Part shown: positions 39,245 through 49,924 of the stretch, one piece after another
Layout of the letters: each line of letters begins with the position of its first letter
Numbering within the stretch: the stretch's first letter is position 1
IMG/VR virus record: IMGVR_UViG_3300046170_000133
Coordinates: 1-62,035 of that record
Direction: 5' to 3' (one strand)
Length of the DNA: 62,035 nucleotides
Source of the DNA: a virus
Taxonomy: Duplodnaviria; Caudoviricetes
Notes under the pieces: model-generated
Databases searched by the model: none
Seen by the model: only the letters and a program-made list of their open reading frames with translations
What the model was told of the DNA's origin: nothing
Position numbers and translations under genes: made by a program

Positions 39245-42200
39245 TGCAAAGAATAAATTTACCAGATGGCAGATTTGTTGAAGTACCTGACGATATAACA
39301 AGAGAACAAGCAATAGATTTACAAAATCTTTTAGCTTCTGAATATCCAGATAATTATTCTCCTTATCAACCAGACATAGAAACATCTTTAGGTGGTGACG
39401 CTCTTGAAGTAGTTAAAGGTATACCTAGAGGTTTAGCTTCTACATTCTTGTCTGCTGGTGAAGGTATAAATAATTTATTTGATTCTGGCAATGACAATGA
39501 CCTAGGAGTTTATTTACGAGACTTACAACAAGCTCTTAATGAAAGTAGCATTGGTCCATCAGAAGGTTATGAGGATAGGTTTAGTTCTAAGCTAGGACAA
39601 GGTCTTGGTTCGTTTGCATCGTTTATGATTCCGGGAACACTAGCTGCTAAGACTGCAGGTCTTGCTGGTAAAGCTGCCAAGGTATCAGAAACTTTAACTA
39701 AAGCTGGTAAATCAACAGATCAAATAAATAAAGCAGTTAGAAAAGTTTATCGACCACAAACCTATTCAACTCTGGCATTAGCAATGCCTGTCGGTATAGC
39801 AGAACAAGGTCGTAATATTAGAGAAGCTGAAGCACTAGGCGAAGATGTTTCTGGTGGACAAGAGTTATTTGCAGAAATATTAGGTGCTGGTATTGGTGCA
39901 TCAGAAATATTTGCACCACAAAGATTGTTAAGAAGCATAGACAAAACAACTGCTGCTAGATTGAGAGTACCACAAAGATTAGTTGAGGCTTTACAGACTG
40001 GTGGTGTTGAGGGTTTACAAGAAATGACGGCTGGTATATTACAGGATGTAGTATCTAGAGGAGTTTACAGTGACAAGCTACCAATAGGAGACTCTGCTTT
40101 AGATGATGCAACTGTAGGTGGTGCTACTGGTTTTATAGCTGATTTATTTTTGCGAGGTATTGCTGGCAGGAAATCTTTTGGTAGTCAATATGAACAAGAA
40201 AAAGAAGCACAAACAGGACAACAAATAAATGAAGCTCGTAACAAAAATAAAAAATTCTATGAAACTGTAGAGAATGACAATGATATAGAAAATCTACAAA
40301 TACTAACTGAAGAACAAGCACAACCATTTGTTGGTCCGGTTAATGACAATATAATTCCAGAAGTTAACGAAACAAAAGAAAATATAGTTGAAGATGAATT
40401 AGACAAACTTCCTGTATTAGAAGATTTAATAGTTGAAACACAACAAATAGCTAATCCAACTACTAGAGAGTTTGACACAATATTTAATCTAGTAGGTTCT
40501 GAGACTGGTCAAATATTTGGTCAGTTCAATGATAACGAAACTGCTCTGCAAGCTAAACAAAAAATAGCTGCAGGAATATCTGCAGATTTTGTTAATAGAT
40601 TAGCTGATCAAACTGCTGATATAACTGGATTTGTAAATAACGGCACAATAAAAGCTTTAGGTCGTAAACTTTATCATCCTAATTACAATAATATAAATGC
40701 TAAAACTATAGCTATGTTTGATTCAAGAACTAGTGAATCAAGAAAAGCACAAGTGGCAGAGCAAAAAGAAATTGACGCAACTAAGGCTGAGATTGAAAAA
40801 GAAATACAAGCAATACAATTAGCTGGTGCTGGTTCGGTAAGTCCACAAACTTTGCAAAAATTAGAACGCTTAGAAAAAAAATTACAAACTTTGTCTGTTG
40901 TTGATTACAAACAAGGTAAGCAAAAACTAGTTAAACAAAAAAGAAAAGACCTTGCTCCTTTAGATCAAGTTTATGAGCGTGCAAGTAAATTAGGTTTAGA
41001 TCAAAAAAATAATTACACAATTAAAGAGGCAAAAAAACTTTTAAAACCTGAAGACTTTAATTCTTTAATGTCAGAAAAAGCTAACATAATTTACAAGACT
41101 GATGAAAAAACAGGAGCTATTAAATCTATTCAACAAGACGCTGACAGAATAGATGTAAGTCGTAAAGCATTGCAAGATACTTTGAGTAGTAAAAGAATAA
41201 AAACTAGAATAAATAGTCTTGAGTTTGAGTACATTGCTGAAACATTAGTTGGAGAAAAAAACTTTAACAAAATGAATCGAGGACAAAAAGAATTATTGAT
41301 AACCAGACTTAAAGGTTTGCCAATAATGTCTGATTTAGCCACAGGTTCTTTTGATGCTTTACAAAAACTACCTGACATGAAACCTAGAGAATATACTGCT
41401 CAAGATGTCCGAGCTTTTTATCGAGGTATAAAAAACGAACCAAGTGCTAGAGCTGTTACTGACAAAGAAATAGATTTCTTTTTTAATCTAAGAGATAAAC
41501 AACTTAATAAAAAACAAAGAGATCAATTCAAAAAAGATTTGGTTGAAAGTGGTAGAGCTATAAAAGTTGGTAATAGAGTGCGTTTAAATCCTGACTTTGA
41601 AAAAGTACAAGCACAACGTAGTACACCTTTCTTTGAAACTGAAGCAGAATATTTAGCTAGATTAAATAAATCTGGATTGCCACAAGAAACTATTAAAGAA
41701 AAAGTTGCTGTCCAATTATTAGAAAATAAAAATAGATTAGCCATACCTGAAGTTGATCCTAATAATGCTGAATCACAAATAAGCGAAGAAGCCAGAGAAG
41801 AGTTGTACAAAAGAATAGATGAAAGACTTGTAGGTTATGGTATATCAAAAGATATAAGAGTTAGGATAGTCAATGGCATTAGATCAAGTAGAAAGTTAGG
41901 TCTTACTTCAAGCGGTCAACCATATTTTAAAGCTAAAACAAAAGAAGAAGAAACTGCAGAGATGGAGTTTGATCAAAACTTAAATGACATATTTATCTTT
42001 AGTGAAAAAATATCAAAAGATATTGATGGCACACCGGAACAAAGAGAACAAGTCATAGATAATGTACTGGCTAATATAGACCATGAGACTATTCATGCCT
42101 TAATAAAATTAGATTTAATTACTGAGGCTGAATATCAAAACTTATTAGAGTTTGCTATTACAAAATTAGGATCAATGAACGTAACCATTAATGGTAAAAC

Positions 42201-45200
42201 CATGACTGAGTTACAAAGAATTAATCAAGCTTATGCAGACCTTACAAATCAAGATGCTTTGAATGAAGAATACATTGCTGAAATGTTTAGATTATATCGT
42301 GATAATCCTAAAGACTTTCAAAGCAAACCTAAGACTACTATAGAAAAAATATTAAATTTCTTTGCCGGTTTTGTAGAAGCTATAACTGGTTCAGTTTTTC
42401 GTAGTCCTTTAAGAGTTTTAGAAGATATAAGAACAGGAACTATTGGAGCAAGAAGTAGAAATACACAACGTAGTTTAAAAAATAGCAGACGAATATATGG
42501 TCAAGCATTAGCTATAGCTGAAACAAATCAAGCAGATGAACCTATCAATCTAGAAGATCAGTTTGATGAAACTGTATTTGATGAGCCTGCTCAAATAAGA
42601 AGAGGTCTTGGTGCTAGAGATTTATTAGGAGAATCTGATTTAGAAAATGATGTGCTTGCTGCATTTAGAAGAACCAATGGCAGAATAACTGCAAAAGATT
42701 TTCAAGATATATTCAAACGCTACAGTCCAAGAGGAACTGTACCACCCTTTAAAGATTTAAAAGAATTACAAAAAGATGTACAAGACGCTTTGCGTATTGG
42801 TGTCGATGCTAATTGGTATCAGCGTTGGTCTTTACAAGTTCCATTAGTTGTTGGTGCAGTAAATGTAAATGAATTTAGTGGAGTTTTTGGAATAACTTCT
42901 GAGCAAACAACACCAGAAAAAAACTTTCAAGATGCATTGAATACAATGATTACTGCAAGAGAAATTAATCCTGATACTAATAGAAAAAAATTCATAGCTA
43001 AACTTAGTGAATTGAATGTAGGTAAAAGAAACAAAGACAGATTAAATCGTATTGCAGATTTATATAAAGAAGGCATGTTTTTTAAAAAAGGTTCAGGACA
43101 AAAAACTCTTTTATATGCACAGACTATTGAGCAAGGAGCTTCAAATAGATTTGTACCCTTTGGTGTAATAGACATACACATGTTAAGAAAACTTGGGTTG
43201 ATACCTGCAGGAAAAAAATTAACTGCTGCTCCTGATATTTCTTATCAAGTAGGTAATGCCATGCTTAAAGCATTGTCTAGTTTAGATTACGTTGTTAATG
43301 GGCAAGTAACACAGATACCTGACGTAAGTAAAATACAAGCATTATTATGGGGTCATCAAAGATACACTGGCTCTACTAAAATTCATAACCAAGGCAGCTA
43401 TCAAGCTGCAGCAGCTCAAAGTAAAACTCAAATAGCAAAAATAAAAGAGATGCAAAGAACTGGTAAGTGGAATACCAAAGCATCTTTCAATGATAAATTT
43501 TTATATGGCTCTAGATTTGTAAACAATAACAACACATTTGATACCGACACAAAACATAATTTTACTAATGCTATTTTAGGAGCAGGTACTAAAGTTGTTA
43601 ATGAGTTTATGCCCGGCAGAGATAGAGGTTATGTACCTGACACTCTTATTATCTCGCAAGATATTAGAAACAAATTTTATTTTAAAACTCTTAATGCTTT
43701 ATCAACTGGTAATCAACTTAACTTTTTAGCTGAGTTAGGAATACCACATCAGATAACTTTAAGTGCTGGTAGTTGGCAAGGGGAATGGAATCCTAATCTT
43801 TTATTAAGTATGCCTATGACAGGTATGCCTACGCAAAGAGCTATAGCTAAATTAATTATGGATGCTACTTTGCAAGACAGTAATCTAATAATTAAACCAT
43901 CTGCACAAGGTATAGCTAAGACAGGTATCTATTTAGAAAATGCAGACGGCAGAGATTTTTCTGAGGAACAATTAACCGAAATATTAAATACAATAGATGC
44001 AAATGTTTCACAGACTGGTGGCACAAACTTTACTGTTATGCCACATAAAAATGTAAATGGTTTAACTTTCATTCATCCTAAGTCTTTTGAAGGTGAACTA
44101 ACTAAAGAAGACGTAGATCAATTTCTTCAATTTTTTACTGAAAATTTTCCAGCACAAGGTTATACTATTAGTCCTTATGGACAAGAATCAGAATACTACG
44201 AGTATAACGCAGGCGGAGCTAGAGGAGCTTTGCAAGAAATACAAAGTCAAGACACTGCCCTCGAACCATCCGATATACAAAGAGCAGCCATCCGTACTCT
44301 TTACCTCCCGTTCCAAAGAGTCTACGAAGACTTCGCAGAAGAAGTAGGCTTTACTGCTCGTACAGAAAAAGCTTACGAACTACCTGATAGTGCAATACAA
44401 CCTTTAAATGGTGCTATTGATAAGGCAGAGATTGATGCTATCGTAGAAATAGATAGACAAGTAAGAAACACTAGACCTACTGCTGTCCCTAGATTTAATA
44501 ATAATGCTAGCGGTTTTGCTAAGAAAATTGCTATAGATTTTGAGCAAGGTAATTTAGATTACTTGGATATACCTACCTTTAAAAGATCAGATACTAATGT
44601 GCCACCCGGCTCTGAAAAGTTATTTGAAGATATGAAAGCTACTACTCAAGAACCTAAAACTTTTTGGGAAAACATATCTGAAAATGTTGAATGGACTGAA
44701 AGTGTTAGCAGATTCTTAACAAGACAAAGAGCTAACTATATTTTTGGTTATGCAGCTATAGAAAAAAATATAAATAAAGGAGCTAAGACTTCTGCAAATA
44801 TTGCTGAAGAAGAATCAAGAGCAAGAACTGGTGCAATTCAAGCTCTATTATTATCAGATAAATCTAAAGGTGTTTTTGGTGCAATGTTAAATCATGGTGT
44901 ACCTACCTTAGATAAAGGGGTAGTAAGCGTAACTAAAGACAAACGCCTTTCACTTATAAATATATTTGGACCTTTAATTAATGAGATGAGAGAGACAGGT
45001 GTTGACTTAGAAAATACTTTTAAGGTTTATGCTATTGCAACTAGAGGAGTTAGATTAAATGAAAAGGGTATTGAAATACCTATGACTCCTGAACAGATAG
45101 AAGAAGGCTTAGCTTTAGGTAATAGCTATCCAATTGTTAAAGAAACATTTGAACTCTATCAAGAACAAAATGCTTACGTAATTGATTTATTAGTTGATTC

Positions 45201-47358
45201 AGGACTAGCTTCAAGAGAACCTAACTATACTGAGATCAGAAAAAGATTATTAGAATTAGGCATAGACAAAGCAAAAACTGCAGACAATGAGACGCTAATA
45301 GAACTAGCCACAGAAAGAAATACAATTTTAAAAACTGCAGACAAGATAGAACTCAGACCAACTGCAGAAGTATGGAAAGATAATGCAGACTATTATCCTT
45401 TCTATCGTGTTATGGCAGATGAATCTATTCAAGGTCCAAACATAGGAGCTGGTTCTCTTGGTGGTAACCCTTTAAATCAAAAACTAAAAGGAAGCAAAGA
45501 AGCATTAGAAGCCTCGCCTTTGTCAGTTATATTTAAGAATCAATTGGCTATAGTCAATGCTGCTATGAAGAACGATGCTCATAGAAAGTTAGTTAGAAAC
45601 TATATTAAAACTAAAAGCAATGATCCAGACAATGAATATCGTGCAAAAGAAATAAGTTCTAAAGAAGCACAAGGTTCAGATGTCATACCTATTTATGTAA
45701 ACGGAGTTAAAAGATTCTTTAAAGTTGAAGACCCAGAAATGTTATATGGCTTAACAACTGCAGGAATTTTAAATGAAAATACTATAGTTAAGTTTTTATC
45801 TTTCCCAGCTACTGTGCTTCGAGAGACTGTCACCCGAGACCCCGGATTTATAGCAGTAAATATGTTGCGTGATACCTTGTCAGCCTTTGTTACAAGTGGT
45901 GCTAACTTTACTCCTGTAATAGGAACAGTAAAAGGTTTTGCCGAAGACATGGAAAACTTAGAACGCTTTGGTATTTTAGGTGGCTATGATTATTCAGCCG
46001 ATGCCTTGAGTGTAGAAAAATATGTCAAGCAACAATTCAGATTAGCAGGCAAGGATGATAGAGGAGCAATGAATCCTACTACTATGGCACTCAAGCTATG
46101 GGATTTCCTAGGTAAACAAACTTATAAGTCTGATGGTGCAACTAGACAAGCAGTTTACAAAGGAGTCTACGAACAAACAGGAGACGAAGTTGAAGCAGCT
46201 TTCCAAGCTGGAGAAATAATTAACTTCTCAAGACGAGGCAATGATCCACTAGCAAGAGTAATCTTCTCAGCTATTCCATTTTTAAATGCAAGAGTTCAAG
46301 GACTTGATGTCCTATACAGAAGTATGACTGGTAAATATTCTGCTAAATATCCCGGAGCGTCTGTCACCTCAAACAAGCAAATGCAGAATCAAATCATCAA
46401 AGGTTTTATAACCCGAGGTGGTTTCTTAACTTTATTAACGGCTCTTTACTACGCTTTAGTTAGTGACGATGACCAATACAAAGAACGTAGAAGAGAAGAA
46501 CGAGATGATCATTGGATGATCTTTAGAGAAAAAGGACAAGAACCTTTGAAACTACCAGTACCTTTCGAGGTCGGTCTCCTGTTTAAGACTATCCCAGAAA
46601 GAATTATGGATACAATTGTTGGTAGTTCGACTACTGACGACCTGACTAGCACCTTAAAAAGAGGAGCATCCAATACTTTACTAATTGACCCGCTAGGTTT
46701 TCAAGCGATCAAACCTTTTATGGAAGCTTTCATAGATAACAAGAGTGGCTTCACTGGTAGTCCAATAGTTCCTCAGTATATGGAAAGCGGTCTTGAACCC
46801 TTTCAACAAAGCAGAGAAACTACTAACGAACTAGCTAGACTGATTGGTCGTACCTTTAATATCTCGCCCATCAAACTTGAGTATGTAATGAATGGCTATG
46901 GCGGTACATTAGGTGGCTATGTTCTGAGCCTCATAGATGCCTCTCTAAGGCAAATTACTGGGGAAGATTACATAACCCCTAGAATAGATCAGTTGCCTCT
47001 CTTGAAGCGTTTTATGGCTTCTCCGATTGGTGGCGGGTTACAACAACAATTCTATGAACTCAGAGCCGAGAGCGATAAGGTGGTGGCTACCATAAACTCC
47101 CTCAGAGAAGACCCGAAACTCGAAGACTCTTTAATTACTTACATGCGTAACAACGATGGCTTGATTAGAACCAGACAACAAGTGCTAGCGTTGGACAGAT
47201 ATATGACCTATTGGCGAGACCGAAGAGATAGAACTTTGCGTGACGACACCCTGTCAGTTGAAGTCAAAAAAGATTTATTGCAAGAGTTGGAATTAGAAAG
47301 AAACTTGAGATTGATGTACTTACCTGAGTTGCGAGAAGAAGCCTACGCAACCCAGTAA
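39244..47358 (+). CDS. Large polyvalent ejection protein (zincin HExxH, HhH-glycosylase-like region, LPD38-like C-terminus)
   Basis: 2704 aa; DHETIH...EEYIAE; WY...IDIHM...QALLW; INFSRRG, IPFLNARVQG, PVPFEVG. Confidence 0.75.
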   Translation: MQRINLPDGRFVEVPDDITREQAIDLQNLLASEYPDNYSPYQPDIETSLGGDALEVVKGIPRGLASTFLSAGEGINNLFDSGNDNDLGVYLRDLQQALNESSIGPSEGYEDRFSSKLGQGLGSFASFMIPGTLAAKTAGLAGKAAKVSETLTKAGKSTDQINKAVRKVYRPQTYSTLALAMPVGIAEQGRNIREAEALGEDVSGGQELFAEILGAGIGASEIFAPQRLLRSIDKTTAARLRVPQRLVEALQTGGVEGLQEMTAGILQDVVSRGVYSDKLPIGDSALDDATVGGATGFIADLFLRGIAGRKSFGSQYEQEKEAQTGQQINEARNKNKKFYETVENDNDIENLQILTEEQAQPFVGPVNDNIIPEVNETKENIVEDELDKLPVLEDLIVETQQIANPTTREFDTIFNLVGSETGQIFGQFNDNETALQAKQKIAAGISADFVNRLADQTADITGFVNNGTIKALGRKLYHPNYNNINAKTIAMFDSRTSESRKAQVAEQKEIDATKAEIEKEIQAIQLAGAGSVSPQTLQKLERLEKKLQTLSVVDYKQGKQKLVKQKRKDLAPLDQVYERASKLGLDQKNNYTIKEAKKLLKPEDFNSLMSEKANIIYKTDEKTGAIKSIQQDADRIDVSRKALQDTLSSKRIKTRINSLEFEYIAETLVGEKNFNKMNRGQKELLITRLKGLPIMSDLATGSFDALQKLPDMKPREYTAQDVRAFYRGIKNEPSARAVTDKEIDFFFNLRDKQLNKKQRDQFKKDLVESGRAIKVGNRVRLNPDFEKVQAQRSTPFFETEAEYLARLNKSGLPQETIKEKVAVQLLENKNRLAIPEVDPNNAESQISEEAREELYKRIDERLVGYGISKDIRVRIVNGIRSSRKLGLTSSGQPYFKAKTKEEETAEMEFDQNLNDIFIFSEKISKDIDGTPEQREQVIDNVLANIDHETIHALIKLDLITEAEYQNLLEFAITKLGSMNVTINGKTMTELQRINQAYADLTNQDALNEEYIAEMFRLYRDNPKDFQSKPKTTIEKILNFFAGFVEAITGSVFRSPLRVLEDIRTGTIGARSRNTQRSLKNSRRIYGQALAIAETNQADEPINLEDQFDETVFDEPAQIRRGLGARDLLGESDLENDVLAAFRRTNGRITAKDFQDIFKRYSPRGTVPPFKDLKELQKDVQDALRIGVDANWYQRWSLQVPLVVGAVNVNEFSGVFGITSEQTTPEKNFQDALNTMITAREINPDTNRKKFIAKLSELNVGKRNKDRLNRIADLYKEGMFFKKGSGQKTLLYAQTIEQGASNRFVPFGVIDIHMLRKLGLIPAGKKLTAAPDISYQVGNAMLKALSSLDYVVNGQVTQIPDVSKIQALLWGHQRYTGSTKIHNQGSYQAAAAQSKTQIAKIKEMQRTGKWNTKASFNDKFLYGSRFVNNNNTFDTDTKHNFTNAILGAGTKVVNEFMPGRDRGYVPDTLIISQDIRNKFYFKTLNALSTGNQLNFLAELGIPHQITLSAGSWQGEWNPNLLLSMPMTGMPTQRAIAKLIMDATLQDSNLIIKPSAQGIAKTGIYLENADGRDFSEEQLTEILNTIDANVSQTGGTNFTVMPHKNVNGLTFIHPKSFEGELTKEDVDQFLQFFTENFPAQGYTISPYGQESEYYEYNAGGARGALQEIQSQDTALEPSDIQRAAIRTLYLPFQRVYEDFAEEVGFTARTEKAYELPDSAIQPLNGAIDKAEIDAIVEIDRQVRNTRPTAVPRFNNNASGFAKKIAIDFEQGNLDYLDIPTFKRSDTNVPPGSEKLFEDMKATTQEPKTFWENISENVEWTESVSRFLTRQRANYIFGYAAIEKNINKGAKTSANIAEEESRARTGAIQALLLSDKSKGVFGAMLNHGVPTLDKGVVSVTKDKRLSLINIFGPLINEMRETGVDLENTFKVYAIATRGVRLNEKGIEIPMTPEQIEEGLALGNSYPIVKETFELYQEQNAYVIDLLVDSGLASREPNYTEIRKRLLELGIDKAKTADNETLIELATERNTILKTADKIELRPTAEVWKDNADYYPFYRVMADESIQGPNIGAGSLGGNPLNQKLKGSKEALEASPLSVIFKNQLAIVNAAMKNDAHRKLVRNYIKTKSNDPDNEYRAKEISSKEAQGSDVIPIYVNGVKRFFKVEDPEMLYGLTTAGILNENTIVKFLSFPATVLRETVTRDPGFIAVNMLRDTLSAFVTSGANFTPVIGTVKGFAEDMENLERFGILGGYDYSADALSVEKYVKQQFRLAGKDDRGAMNPTTMALKLWDFLGKQTYKSDGATRQAVYKGVYEQTGDEVEAAFQAGEIINFSRRGNDPLARVIFSAIPFLNARVQGLDVLYRSMTGKYSAKYPGASVTSNKQMQNQIIKGFITRGGFLTLLTALYYALVSDDDQYKERRREERDDHWMIFREKGQEPLKLPVPFEVGLLFKTIPERIMDTIVGSSTTDDLTSTLKRGASNTLLIDPLGFQAIKPFMEAFIDNKSGFTGSPIVPQYMESGLEPFQQSRETTNELARLIGRTFNISPIKLEYVMNGYGGTLGGYVLSLIDASLRQITGEDYITPRIDQLPLLKRFMASPIGGGLQQQFYELRAESDKVVATINSLREDPKLEDSLITYMRNNDGLIRTRQQVLALDRYMTYWRDRRDRTLRDDTLSVEVKKDLLQELELERNLRLMYLPELREEAYATQ

Positions 47359-47416
47359 GAACCTGTGACTGGTAAATATTTTTAGAACCAGCGAGTTGGC
47401 TGGAAATTTTTCAGGT

Positions 47417-47761
47417 TTATAAACCGCTTGCTTCTAGCCTAGTAATTATCTTCTCTTCCTTCAATGGCTTGACCGAAAAGAAGTCTTTGTACTCAGGATG
47501 TTTCACATGAAACAATCTGGCATAGAAACAAATGTAATCGTTACTAATCTTAAACTCGCCACCTTGGGTTTCTACTTCAGCGTTCCATCTAATCCTATTG
47601 ATGATCGCCCATTGGCTATACTTCTTACGACCAGAGTTGATTGCTTGGAAGGTATACTCCTCAAACTTCTGCCAGACATGAGGGTTGGCTTTGTGCCATG
47701 TCCACCATTTCTCCTTGCGTTCTTGTAGTTCATCTTGCAGTTGCTCTTTCAACATACTCAT
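47417..47761 (-). CDS. Conserved phage protein
   Basis: WHKANPHVW...IRW...FKISNDY..FYARLF. Confidence 0.7.
   Translation of the reverse strand: MSMLKEQLQDELQERKEKWWTWHKANPHVWQKFEEYTFQAINSGRKKYSQWAIINRIRWNAEVETQGGEFKISNDYICFYARLFHVKHPEYKDFFSVKPLKEEKIITRLEASGL
47499..47514. promoter_or_regulatory. parS-like site
   Basis: TGTTTCACATGAAACA, 15/16 to consensus TGTTTCACGTGAAACA; intragenic. Confidence 0.4.
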
Positions 47762-47762
47762 A

Positions 47763-48182
47763 TCATTCCTCCATACCTAGGTTTTTTCTAATGTTAGTTA
47801 AAATCTTTTCGTTCAGGCTACCCCCATCTCTAAACTTTGTCGGTGGTTTTGACGCAGATAAAACCTGTGACTGGTAAATATTTCTTCCCGCAGCGAGATT
47901 TTCCTGAACTTGTTCTAGTAATTCTGCTTCTGTGCCATAAGCATCCTCGAATCTTTTTTTGTAGGGATGTCTGCTGATTGGCTCGATGTGACCGCCATAG
48001 CGATGGTGTGAAGGGCAAAGCGGAAGCACATATAGATGAGCATCCTTGACAGTCTTGCCTTTAGTGTGGTGAATTTCTGCGGGTACATCTGGGAAACCTC
48101 GATTCGCACAGACAATACAACCTAACTGTTGCACCTTGTCCATGTATTCCTTTTCTTCTTTGCTTGGGTTTCTTCCTTTCAT
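47763..48182 (-). CDS. Ref-like/HNH-family nuclease
   Basis: GCIVC...EIHH...LPLCPSHH...FEDAYGTEAELL. Confidence 0.75.
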   Translation of the reverse strand: MKGRNPSKEEKEYMDKVQQLGCIVCANRGFPDVPAEIHHTKGKTVKDAHLYVLPLCPSHHRYGGHIEPISRHPYKKRFEDAYGTEAELLEQVQENLAAGRNIYQSQVLSASKPPTKFRDGGSLNEKILTNIRKNLGMEE

Positions 48183-48419
48183 AATTTATATGAGTAGCTA
48201 GTCACATGGCGGTTTAGTTCTCATTTGTGTTTCGTTCCTAACCTTGTCTACAAAGGATTTTATAAAGAATCGCTACCTAGCTACTACTAATTAATTAATG
48301 GCTTATCAGTCTCGGCATGCAACTGTTTTAACTGACTAACTTAGCTTACCCTCATTCAACCTAGAGTTTAATCTAGGTATTAGGCGATCACTCCTAGCCT
48401 TTGTAAGTACCATTACAAA

Positions 48420-48761
48420 TCATGCACCATAACGTGCTTGTTCTTTTCTCTGCGATACCTCCCTAGTTCTCCATACTTCATAACCAATCTCTAAACTTTT
48501 CAACTGTACTCTGATAGCTTCAAGCGTTCCCTTTGCCACACCAACCTTGAGTCTGGCTCGATACAATTCATCTGAAGCTTCAGCGTAAGTATCTTGTCCG
48601 CTATTAGTTTTAATTCCTTTGTCCATGGCTTGTAGCTTTAACGTAGCAAGAAGCTTCTTAACCTCGGCATCTTTCTCATGCACCTGATACATGGCTTGCT
48701 CAATCAAAGGCACTAAGTTCCTAATCTCGTGTTGCCAATTCTCTTGTATCTCGTCACTCAT
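48420..48761 (-). CDS. Coiled-coil hypothetical protein
   Basis: 113-aa ORF ending EVWRTREVSQR. Confidence 0.65.
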   Translation of the reverse strand: MSDEIQENWQHEIRNLVPLIEQAMYQVHEKDAEVKKLLATLKLQAMDKGIKTNSGQDTYAEASDELYRARLKVGVAKGTLEAIRVQLKSLEIGYEVWRTREVSQRKEQARYGA

Positions 48762-48901
48762 ACAACCTCATACCTAAACCAACCATCGCCTTGTTCTACC
48801 CCCCACAAGAAAGCATCTTTCTCAGCTTCGGTATTAAAAGTATAGGTTTGGGTTACATCCTCATCAGTTCCCCATGTAATAGTTAAAGAAAGTTCCTTCA
48901 T
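48758..48901 (-). CDS. Small hypothetical protein (47 aa, not in ORF track)
   Basis: MKELSLTITWG...FNTEAEKDAFLWGVE; GAGGAGG RBS; ATGA overlaps. Confidence 0.6.
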   Translation of the reverse strand: MKELSLTITWGTDEDVTQTYTFNTEAEKDAFLWGVEQGDGWFRYEVV

Positions 48902-49086
48902 ACTTCCTCCTCTTCTAGTTCATCAGGGTTATCAATACATTCCCAGTCCCCACCATTAGCATCAACTTCATCTGTATCTCCACCACCTGATAAAAATATA
49001 TCAACCGCTTCTTCATAAGACTTAGCTTCAACTTGAGTCTCCTCAGTAACAGTAACTGTGTTACTAAACATATATAATTTCTTCAT
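48898..49086 (-). CDS. Hypothetical protein
   Basis: VEAKSYEEAV motif, RBS, coupled. Confidence 0.65.
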   Translation of the reverse strand: MKKLYMFSNTVTVTEETQVEAKSYEEAVDIFLSGGGDTDEVDANGGDWECIDNPDELEEEEV

Positions 49087-49442
49087 GCTTCCTCCTCTGC
49101 ATTTTCTATTATCGTTTCTAGTTCTTCGTGATAGTACATCTGTCTTGAGTCATGGAGAATCTTGAACAAAGCCTTGGCATCTTGTTCTGCAATCCTAGAA
49201 ACATCATCAATCCTGACATGCCTATAATCTGACCAGTAACCTTGGTAATCATCATCTGAAACCTTGCCTTCTATTTCAAACTGCCAATCCAGAAAAGCTT
49301 TTTCCCAAACATACTCCCCACTATCCTTGGTCTTTAAGACTTCTGCTTCTTTCATAAAGGTAGCTAAGACTGTGTGATCTCGGTACTCGTGATTCCCTTC
49401 ACGACAGAAGTCTTTGACTAGATAATAACTAAGCTTCTTCAT
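49083..49442 (-). CDS. Hypothetical protein
   Basis: Coupled ORF. Confidence 0.6.
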   Translation of the reverse strand: MKKLSYYLVKDFCREGNHEYRDHTVLATFMKEAEVLKTKDSGEYVWEKAFLDWQFEIEGKVSDDDYQGYWSDYRHVRIDDVSRIAEQDAKALFKILHDSRQMYYHEELETIIENAEEEA

Positions 49443-49671
49443 TGTAGTATTCTTCTTCCATCATAGTCATTCTGCCTTCCATAATGCAGTCTATTTCAAT
49501 CTGAAGATTTTCAATCTCTGTTACGACCTTGAGTCTAAGAGAATTAATAGGACTATCAATATCGTAAGGTCTATCGCTGTTGTACTTATCGTACTCAGCA
49601 AAGCTTTTATTAACCCTAGCTTTGATCTCATCTATTATTTGTTCGTATCCATCATAACTTTGAAATGCCAT
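49429..49671 (-). CDS. Hypothetical protein
   Basis: AAGGAG RBS. Confidence 0.6.
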   Translation of the reverse strand: MAFQSYDGYEQIIDEIKARVNKSFAEYDKYNSDRPYDIDSPINSLRLKVVTEIENLQIEIDCIMEGRMTMMEEEYYNEEA

Positions 49672-49673
49672 TT

Positions 49674-49922
49674 TTACTCCTTGGTTTCTTTTGTAATAAT
49701 AGTAGCTTCTTCACTACCGCCATTTAAAACTTGAATAAGATCAGCGATTAATTTTTGTTTGTGATCTTGTGCCATAGCTAATCTATCATTTAAGTTTCTG
49801 ATTTGTGTTTCAACAAACTTAGTCATGTTTAATAACTTCATTGAATCTTCATTAAAATCAGCTTCAAAATAATCCTTATTATCTAAAGTTAATAAGGGTT
49901 CTTGTTTTTTTTCATCAGACAT
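49674..49922 (-). CDS. Hypothetical coiled-coil protein
   Basis: AAGGAG RBS. Confidence 0.65.
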   Translation of the reverse strand: MSDEKKQEPLLTLDNKDYFEADFNEDSMKLLNMTKFVETQIRNLNDRLAMAQDHKQKLIADLIQVLNGGSEEATIITKETKE

Positions 49923-49924
49923 TT

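Noticed and set aside
47360-47883. 22-bp direct repeats as att sites or mobile-element ends
   Set aside because: No integrase or transposase seen; they belong to the dispersed motif family
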